This document shows, in pieces, positions 57,264 through 64,000 of a stretch of 64,000 nucleotides of DNA (the stretch's first letter is position 1; every line of letters starts with the position of its first letter). The DNA comes from a virus (Duplodnaviria; Caudoviricetes), in the IMG/VR virus record IMGVR_UViG_3300042258_000341, positions 1 through 64,000 of that record. The stretch is one strand, 5' to 3'. The notes under the pieces are model-generated. The model ran no database searches, was not told where the DNA came from, and saw only the letters and a list, made by a program, of their open reading frames with translations. A program made the translations under genes and the position numbers.

Positions 57264-59030
57264 ATGATTCGAAAATATTCAAAAATTAAATTTGCAGAAA
57301 CTTCAGATGCGGAATTTGAAAGCTCTGTAGATATTATTTTTAAAGAATTAAAAGAAGGCAAATATTCTTGGCTTCCGACAATTTTTCATGATAAGTTAGC
57401 ACAAACTCAAGACCAGCAAAAAGAAGCTATAGACGCATATATTGAAATTTCAAATCAGCCACAATACCAAGTATTATTTGGGAAATTACCTTCAGGGTTG
57501 TTCCCTATTTTAAAGTTTTCTTTTCAGGGCAAATATAAATTAACTTCGGAACAAATCGAGAATATATTAACCCCTATTGCAAAAACGGTTCAATTCCTCA
57601 ACTTAAAAAGTTATGTGTTGTTACATAATATTTCGGAAATTTCAGATTGGGATCGGACAATGTATTTGCAATACGCATTACATGATTTTACACATCTGGC
57701 TCCACATTTAACCCCGCAAAACAAAGAAGACTTTATAGAACTTCTTTCGCAGTATTTCCTTCTTAAAAAAGAGCCGCAAGAGAATTTAATTCGAAAAATA
57801 AAAGAAACAAACCTCATAAGACTTGCGGCAGTTCAAACTTTATTCGAAGTTTACAATTTACTCACCCCTACAGAACTGTTTGTAAAAGAAGTCTTTAAAT
57901 TCCTTGAAAACGGGAGATTTATAAAAGCTGCTGAAGTGTTGTCGGAAAATAATCAAATCTTCGATCAAGAAGCCCTTAAGAAAATTGTTAAATGGGTAAC
58001 AAATTCCCGGGTAATAAATGAATTTTTTATCGACCCTGAAGAAATCGCAGGAGTTATTGATGCTCTTTTAGATAAGCACGGACTGACAAAAGAAATGCTT
58101 ATGGATTTTGAAGTATTTCAATATTTACGAGATAAAGTAATGCTGCCCTCTTTTGTAAAAAGAGGCTGGGTGAAACACGAAACCGTTATGCCCCCTGCAA
58201 CTCAAAAAGCATATTCACAACTTAGAAGTTTCTTGAAAGAAAAAGGAACTTTTGTGAATATAAATGAATTGAGAAAACAACCTTTTTTCAATAATTCTGA
58301 TGTGAAACAATTTCTTTTAAAAGAGCATCCTAAAGGGCTTTCTTTCGAAGATATATTGCATAAGGATATGGAAGTAAATGGCTCTCCTTTTGTAATTTCT
58401 GAAGGAAGCTATCCTTCGTATCAACAAAGTCTGTATTTTGTAAAAGATTTGCCAAGAAAAACTTTTATTCTTCTTTTCGAAGACATGGCTAAATTACTTG
58501 GATTTAAAGATGATCCCGGATTTAAAGAATATCAAGAAAAATATCTTTCTAAGTTGCAATACGGGGAACATAATATAGGAACTCCCGGAAATACTTTCGG
58601 GTGGGCTTTGTATAAAAAGATAGGGGAAAATACTTATTTTATTGAACAAATACAAACAGATTTAAATCGTCTGGCTCAACAATTGAAAAGTAACAGAACC
58701 GAAGAAATCCTTGGAGATTACAAACATTACCTTGAAAATAAATACGGGAAAGAGAAAATTGCACAATACGAAAGAAGTATTTTAAAAACCGTAAAAAATT
58801 ATTTCGAAGTAATCCTTTCTGCTTTCTTGCAAGAATTTCGAGGGGCTAAGATTTATATTTCTTCCCCGGAAATAATAAAAGAAACCGCAGGAGAAAAAGC
58901 CCCGGTGTTTGAATATCAACAAATCCCTCCGAAGTTTAATTTCCAAGAATTGAAAAAATTTGAGAAATATTCCGATAATCCGGTATGGTATAAATACAAT
59001 GCGAAATTAAACAAGTTGAGCTTGAAATGA
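57264..59030 (+). CDS. large hypothetical protein; MIRKYS leader
   Basis: C-terminal H...GNTFGW...YFIEQIQTD motif; ends KLNKLSLK. Confidence 0.75.
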   Translation: MIRKYSKIKFAETSDAEFESSVDIIFKELKEGKYSWLPTIFHDKLAQTQDQQKEAIDAYIEISNQPQYQVLFGKLPSGLFPILKFSFQGKYKLTSEQIENILTPIAKTVQFLNLKSYVLLHNISEISDWDRTMYLQYALHDFTHLAPHLTPQNKEDFIELLSQYFLLKKEPQENLIRKIKETNLIRLAAVQTLFEVYNLLTPTELFVKEVFKFLENGRFIKAAEVLSENNQIFDQEALKKIVKWVTNSRVINEFFIDPEEIAGVIDALLDKHGLTKEMLMDFEVFQYLRDKVMLPSFVKRGWVKHETVMPPATQKAYSQLRSFLKEKGTFVNINELRKQPFFNNSDVKQFLLKEHPKGLSFEDILHKDMEVNGSPFVISEGSYPSYQQSLYFVKDLPRKTFILLFEDMAKLLGFKDDPGFKEYQEKYLSKLQYGEHNIGTPGNTFGWALYKKIGENTYFIEQIQTDLNRLAQQLKSNRTEEILGDYKHYLENKYGKEKIAQYERSILKTVKNYFEVILSAFLQEFRGAKIYISSPEIIKETAGEKAPVFEYQQIPPKFNFQELKKFEKYSDNPVWYKYNAKLNKLSLK

Positions 59031-60382
59031 TTAAGAAATATTCACAACTCCATATCTCGAAAGCAACAAAAGAACAGATAAACTCTGTTTCCAAGAAACT
59101 CGGATTAACTCCCGAACAGATCGTTTCTTTTGCCCATGAAGTTGATCCAACAAGTAAATACGAAATTTGGCTTCTTAAACAAATGGGATTTAGAAACATA
59201 ATTCTTCCCGAAGATGCGGAACGGGTTCAAAGAACTCTTAAACAATTTGAACAGCTTAACAACCGCAAACAACTTAAATTTCAAAACATAAATCAATACA
59301 AAAACATTGTTGATCTTGAGAATGAAATAGAAACCCTTCTTCCGAAAGAATTATCGGATGCATATAGTTACGATGTTCAAGAATTCTTGAAGCTTCCGGG
59401 AGTTTCTGTACTTGGACAAAACAACGAATGGTTTATTCTTGAGGTAAGTGATCCTGAGTCTCTCACCGTTCTTGGAGATTCAACCGAATGGTGTACAAGA
59501 CATATTAAGTGGGCTAACAAGTATATTGTTGAAGATAATACAAAACAATATGTTGTTTTTCAGAAACAAAACGGGAAGTTGAATAAATACGCACAATTTG
59601 CTGAAGATTTCAGTCAGTTCAAGAACGTAAAAGACCATGAAATAAAAGATATTCCAGACAGTTTGTTTCAATTAATCGACAGTAAGTTTATTGTGGTTCC
59701 TTTTAGTTTTGTAAAAAGAAATCCGGATGCTATTTATCGTTGGATTGAGAAACAAGGGGCTGAAATCAAAGGGGATTTAGACCTTCGAGGAACAAAAATA
59801 ACAAAGCTTCTTGAAGGCTTAACAACTATCGGTGGTTATTTAGACCTTCGAGGAACAAAAATAACAAAGCTTCCAGAGGGATTAACAACTGTTGGCGGTA
59901 ATTTAAACCTTAGAGGGACAGCAATAACAAAGCTTCCTGAAGGCTTAACAACTGTTGGCGGTAATTTAAACCTTAGAGGGACAGCAATAACAAAGCTTCC
60001 TGAAGGCTTAACAACTGTAGGTGGTAATTTAAACCTTTACGGAACAAAAATAACCAAACTTCCTGAAGGCTTAACAACTGTAGGTGGTAATTTAAACCTT
60101 TACGGAACAAAAATAACCAAACTTCCAGAGAGCTTAACAACTGTCGGTGGTGATTTAGACCTTGAAGAAACAGCAATAACCAAACTTCCAGAGAGCTTAA
60201 CAACTGTCGGTGGTTATTTAGACCTTGAAGGGACAGCAATAACAAAGCTTCCCGAAGGATTAACTGTTAAACGGGGTATATCTGGAACCAACCCGGCAAC
60301 CGGGAAAAGATATCAAGAAGAATACGATGAAATGAAAAGAAGAAAAACTACGAGTTTCTTGAGAAAGTTGGATGTAGAATGA
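59027..60382 (+). CDS. GxxTxWC-domain plus LRR protein, paralog of 33494; MIKKYS leader
   Basis: First ~230 aa closely similar to 33494; eight 21-aa LRRs. Confidence 0.88.
   Translation: MIKKYSQLHISKATKEQINSVSKKLGLTPEQIVSFAHEVDPTSKYEIWLLKQMGFRNIILPEDAERVQRTLKQFEQLNNRKQLKFQNINQYKNIVDLENEIETLLPKELSDAYSYDVQEFLKLPGVSVLGQNNEWFILEVSDPESLTVLGDSTEWCTRHIKWANKYIVEDNTKQYVVFQKQNGKLNKYAQFAEDFSQFKNVKDHEIKDIPDSLFQLIDSKFIVVPFSFVKRNPDAIYRWIEKQGAEIKGDLDLRGTKITKLLEGLTTIGGYLDLRGTKITKLPEGLTTVGGNLNLRGTAITKLPEGLTTVGGNLNLRGTAITKLPEGLTTVGGNLNLYGTKITKLPEGLTTVGGNLNLYGTKITKLPESLTTVGGDLDLEETAITKLPESLTTVGGYLDLEGTAITKLPEGLTVKRGISGTNPATGKRYQEEYDEMKRRKTTSFLRKLDVE
59768..60271 (+). repeat. 8 x 63-bp tandem repeat encoding 21-aa LRRs
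   Basis: GG(N/Y/D)L(N/D)L(R/Y/E)GT(A/K)ITKLPE(G/S)LTTV. Confidence 0.95.
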
Positions 60383-61098
60383 TAAAGAAATATTCAGAAT
60401 TAAATCTCGAATCTTTTTTAAAAAAAAATGTAACTAGAAATAATTCTTTTTATTCTCTTATGCTAGATTTAATTGACGCTGGGCCGTTAGATGGGGGCTG
60501 TGCATTACTAGCTATTTCTTTAAAAAAGATATTCGGTGGTCAACTTTACGGAATTAAAGCTACAAGGTCAAGAAACACCCCTTCGAAAATTCAACATGTG
60601 GTTTTGAAATATAATAATAAATATTATGATGCTGATGGAGGCTTTTCTGAAAAAGAAATGTTGACAAAATTTGAAGATGAGGAAATTGGTATTTTATTCC
60701 CGGTTTTAACCCCAATATCGCTTTCCGAAATTCCCCCGGAAACACCCACTTCCCCGGAATATGTGGAAAAGATTGTTAATTTTTTTAAAAAGAGAACTAA
60801 GATATCTTCTTTGAAAAAACAATCCGGGAAAATAAAAGAAAAGTTGACGCAGATGTGGGAACAACAAGTTGACCCGGACAGAGTTTCTTTTGAAGAATGG
60901 CTTGACTCTGTTGACCCGGAAAAATACCTTGCCGGGTATACTGATGTCCCGGTAAAAACATGGGATAAAAAATATCATGAAGTTTCTCAACCTTATGATC
61001 TGGATTTTAACCAAAGCTTTACCCCGGAAACAACAGGACAAGATAACGGGCAAACCGTTTCTCCTCTTACAATTGTAAAAGAACAAGTTTTTCCGTAA
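60379..61098 (+). CDS. papain/transglutaminase-like Cys-His-Asp protein; MIKKYS leader
   Basis: DGGCALLA, IQHVVL, YYDADG. Confidence 0.65.
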   Translation: MIKKYSELNLESFLKKNVTRNNSFYSLMLDLIDAGPLDGGCALLAISLKKIFGGQLYGIKATRSRNTPSKIQHVVLKYNNKYYDADGGFSEKEMLTKFEDEEIGILFPVLTPISLSEIPPETPTSPEYVEKIVNFFKKRTKISSLKKQSGKIKEKLTQMWEQQVDPDRVSFEEWLDSVDPEKYLAGYTDVPVKTWDKKYHEVSQPYDLDFNQSFTPETTGQDNGQTVSPLTIVKEQVFP

Positions 61099-61112
61099 AA
61101 AAAGGATAAATT

Positions 61113-61787
61113 ATGACAAATTGGACAGTGCTAACCCCCATCCCGTTGATAATGGATGAATTATTGAACAATATTCAAGGAATTTATCCGGATGTCACTT
61201 TTAAGTTCGACCCGACTTTGACTTATGAAGAAAGCATAAAAGGGGTGAGAGCCTTAAGATCGGCTTTTGATATAACAAATCAACAGGTCTTCCCACTTTT
61301 CACATATACTCTTGGAGTTTTGAAACCTTACGAAGTTCCGAGAAAACAATTCCCGTATTCGAGAAACACCCCTAACCCTTTTTTTGAAGGAAAAGATTAC
61401 AAAGCCAGATATTGTTCTTTTGAAATCCCGTGGAAATGGTATTATTCCGATATTATTGCAAGTAAGACTTTTGAAGTCATGTTTGCAACAGAAACGAGCA
61501 TAAATCTTGTAAAAAATATATTTCTGGAATTTACCGACATAGGAACTTTCGAATATCAAGTTGTCTGGGATTTTATGGGTCTTGAAAATGTTTCTTACAA
61601 TAAACAAGACAACTTGTATATGTCCTGTGACGGGAAATGCACAATTACCGGGGAATTTATCATGCTCTCCGACACTCCGATAAAATTTATTCAGGAAATT
61701 CAAGCCAAATTGAATAATTATATTTCTCGAACAACAATGGAAACCGGAAATATTGATTCCACCGGGACAACTTGGAGTGAGCCGTAA
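61113..61787 (+). CDS. probable tail terminator / tail-completion protein
   Basis: FPLFTYT, alternating beta pattern; upstream of the sheath gene. Confidence 0.5.
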   Translation: MTNWTVLTPIPLIMDELLNNIQGIYPDVTFKFDPTLTYEESIKGVRALRSAFDITNQQVFPLFTYTLGVLKPYEVPRKQFPYSRNTPNPFFEGKDYKARYCSFEIPWKWYYSDIIASKTFEVMFATETSINLVKNIFLEFTDIGTFEYQVVWDFMGLENVSYNKQDNLYMSCDGKCTITGEFIMLSDTPIKFIQEIQAKLNNYISRTTMETGNIDSTGTTWSEP

Positions 61788-61843
61788 ATAAAATAAACTT
61801 CTTTTCCCAATTTTCCCTGATAAACAAGTAATACCTTCGAGAA

Positions 61844-61874
61844 TAGACGAGAACAATAAAAAGTTTCTCGTCTA
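61844..61874 (+). terminator. hairpin
   Basis: TAGACGAGAA / TTCTCGTCTA followed by a T-rich tract. Confidence 0.55.
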
Positions 61875-61904
61875 ATTTTATTTTATCTCGGAGGTTTTTC
61901 GTAT

Positions 61905-62075
61905 ATGGCAACCGTAAAAAAAGGTTCCCTTGTTAACACCCTTGACCACCCCGTTTATCTTTCTTATATGGGAGACACTCTTGTACTTTCCCCGAAACAG
62001 AAAGTAAACAACGTGAACAAAGAAAAAGTCGGAGCACTCCCGAAAGGTGTGCTTTTTGTTCTTGCGACCAAGTAA
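61905..62075 (+). CDS. small (56 aa) protein before the tail sheath, not in the ORF track
   Basis: GGAGG RBS; MATVKKGSLVNTLDHPVYLSYMGDTLVLSPKQK... Confidence 0.7.
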   Translation: MATVKKGSLVNTLDHPVYLSYMGDTLVLSPKQKVNNVNKEKVGALPKGVLFVLATK

Positions 62076-62110
62076 TTTTATTTTATTTCAAGAATTAGGA
62101 GTTTTAAACT

Positions 62111-64000
62111 ATGACAGTATCAGGCGGTTCTGCATCTGTACCGATTCAAGAAATTGATCTTTCGACCCGTGTTCCGGGTTTCCCCGGTGTTTACGGCGCA
62201 ATCCTTATTCCTTCAAGAAAAGGGCCTATCGACACTCCAAGACTCATGACTTACGAAACACAGTTGATGAGAACTTATACCCCTCAAGATAAACTTGAAG
62301 TGGGCGATTCTCTCGCATTCTTCTCAGCATCGGCTTTTTTACAAAGATCCGATAAACTGTGGACTTTCCGTGTAATCGGAGACAATTATGCGTATGGCGG
62401 CGTTGCAATCAAAACCAACGATCAACCCGCAAATACAGCATGGGTTTCTGGACTTGAAGATCCGACAGCATACACTTTCGGAACTCATGACCTTTTCACA
62501 ATTTATCAATCCGACCCCGGCGTGTGGTCAGATGATGTTTGTATAACTCTTTCTGTAAAAAGAGATAGGGAAAATATCCTTCTCAATTCCTCAAATGTAG
62601 TGCATGAAGCGGCAACTTCAGCGATTGGTTCTCTTGGCGTAGGAACTCCAATTACGATTCCTGCCGAAGCTGCAACAGGAGTTCTTGACAGTGCCCTTAC
62701 AATTACTGCCGTTCCGGGTGCTGCAGGAAACGTAACAATTAACGTAGTTGGCGGCGGAACTGCCGGAAGTGAAACTGCTGTTCTCAACAGTGGCGTAATT
62801 ACTCTTACAATCGAAGACGGTGTTTCTACACAAGACCAAATGAAAACCGCCCTTCTTACCGTTGTAAGCACAATTGCAAACGTAGTCGCTGCAAGTCCAA
62901 CCGATATTTGGCTTCTCGGTGTGGGAACAGATACTGTAACTCTTTCCGGCGGGGAAGATTCTTATATCGTCGTTTCGGATGGAGAAATCAATATCACTGC
63001 TGTTACAGGTAAGGCTGGAAACAACATTCAGATCGAACTGGTTGACGGCGCAACTGCAGGAAGTGAAACTGCAACTCAAGTGGGAAATGTAATCACAGTA
63101 GCTATCGAAGACGGGGTTTCAACTCAAACTCAAATTCGCACAGCTCTTCTTACAATCCCCAGTGTTTTCCTCTCTATCGTTGCAGAAAGACCAACCGAAG
63201 CTTGGACTCTTGGTGATGGTAGCGATTCTGTCCAACTTGCCGGTGGAACTGATGCTTCAACTTCAATCACCGTAACACAAAGATTTGCTTCCGGAGAACC
63301 CGTAAGATTCTCCATGCTTACTTCTTTAACAGGTGATGCCCTCCCCGGCGGATTAAATAACTACACCACCTATTACACAGTCGCTGCTTCTGCAACTACT
63401 GTTAAGCTTGCAAATACCGCAGAAGACGCTCTTGCAGGAAATGCTCTGCTCCTCTCCTCTACCGGACAGGGAACTATGCAATTGGTTCCGATGAAAGCGG
63501 TTTCCGAACCCGATTCATTCCTTATCGAAATCTTCCACAGAAGCAATTTGAATGTTGCTCTTGAATCTTATTACGTGTCTCTCGTCCCCGGACAGAAAAA
63601 CGGTCTTGGACAAAACATGTATATCGAAGATTTACTCGAAGGCTCAAACTACATTCGTGCTCAAGTTAATCCTCTCGTTACAGGAACCCCCCTGCCACAA
63701 ATGATTCCTCTGTATATGAACGGTGGGGATGACGGAGACCCCGTAACTGATGGTAAAATGATGCAAGCTGCAGATGCTTTCCGAAATGCAGATACTTACC
63801 CGGTAACTGTTTTTATGGACGGTGGATGGGCAACCCCTGCTTTCCAGAAATACATCGACGGCATCGCTCAAAACAGACATGATTGCGTTTGTATGCTTTC
63901 AGTTCCTTACGACAAAGAAGCTTCCGCAAACTATCTGAATGACATCGTGGATTACTGGATGAACATTCTTAATCTCTCCAGTTCCTTCTCAGCTCTCTAC
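62111..64000 (+). CDS. contractile tail sheath protein (5' part; runs off the window)
   Basis: AGGAG RBS; IQEIDLS, KGP, FL..SDKLWTFRV, DPGVW, NGGDDG, FMDGGW, RHDCVCML. Confidence 0.9.
   Translation, partial: MTVSGGSASVPIQEIDLSTRVPGFPGVYGAILIPSRKGPIDTPRLMTYETQLMRTYTPQDKLEVGDSLAFFSASAFLQRSDKLWTFRVIGDNYAYGGVAIKTNDQPANTAWVSGLEDPTAYTFGTHDLFTIYQSDPGVWSDDVCITLSVKRDRENILLNSSNVVHEAATSAIGSLGVGTPITIPAEAATGVLDSALTITAVPGAAGNVTINVVGGGTAGSETAVLNSGVITLTIEDGVSTQDQMKTALLTVVSTIANVVAASPTDIWLLGVGTDTVTLSGGEDSYIVVSDGEINITAVTGKAGNNIQIELVDGATAGSETATQVGNVITVAIEDGVSTQTQIRTALLTIPSVFLSIVAERPTEAWTLGDGSDSVQLAGGTDASTSITVTQRFASGEPVRFSMLTSLTGDALPGGLNNYTTYYTVAASATTVKLANTAEDALAGNALLLSSTGQGTMQLVPMKAVSEPDSFLIEIFHRSNLNVALESYYVSLVPGQKNGLGQNMYIEDLLEGSNYIRAQVNPLVTGTPLPQMIPLYMNGGDDGDPVTDGKMMQAADAFRNADTYPVTVFMDGGWATPAFQKYIDGIAQNRHDCVCMLSVPYDKEASANYLNDIVDYWMNILNLSSSFSALY

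Noticed and set aside
59768-60271. CRISPR array or DGR template/variable repeat
   Set aside because: The units are contiguous in-frame 63-bp coding repeats with no spacers. Changes are not adenine-specific, and no reverse transcriptase or cas gene is in the window.
2942-60420. MIKKYS leader as a Sec or lipoprotein signal peptide
   Set aside because: No hydrophobic h-region or lipobox follows the basic start.
29641-61856. Longer antisense ORFs such as 29641..30174, 36470..36946 and 61254..61856
   Set aside because: They lie opposite well-supported genes, are Phe/Ser-rich as expected for the antisense of Lys/Glu-rich coding DNA, and show no recognisable motifs.
62506-63880. Minus-strand ORFs listed at the end of the window
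   Set aside because: They are shadows of the plus-strand tail sheath gene, which the track missed because it has no stop inside the window.
1-64000. Genome-wide stop-codon reassignment
   Set aside because: The standard code gives intact, densely packed genes. Only one suspicious in-frame TAG was found.

Overview
An AT-rich, densely coding segment of a large (probably jumbo) myovirus genome. It contains a head module (prohead protease, acidic scaffold, decoration protein, HK97-fold major capsid protein of the Bxz1/Myrna-like type), scattered neck genes and the 5' part of a tail sheath gene. It also carries an amidase, anaerobic NrdD/NrdG, ThyX, DnaX, a NusG/KOW-dead exonuclease fusion, a sigma-4-like protein, two DNA methyltransferases (one with an intein), a split SF2 helicase, a vWA protein, an HNH/Zn-ribbon endonuclease and an IS607-like RHH+TnpB element sitting between a gene's RBS and ATG. 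The strongest unexplained signal is a shared N-terminal leader, M-I-x-(K/R)-(Y/F)-S-x-(L/I/M), often followed by K/R-x-A/S. It is found on 12 proteins, plus weaker variants, that are mostly unrelated: ADP-ribosyltransferase-like, methyltransferase, Cys-His-Asp peptidase-like, HsdS-like and LRR proteins. These genes are interleaved with head and neck genes. I infer a capsid-targeting 'zip code' that loads an effector arsenal into the virion. All family assignments come from motif recognition by eye, not from database searches.
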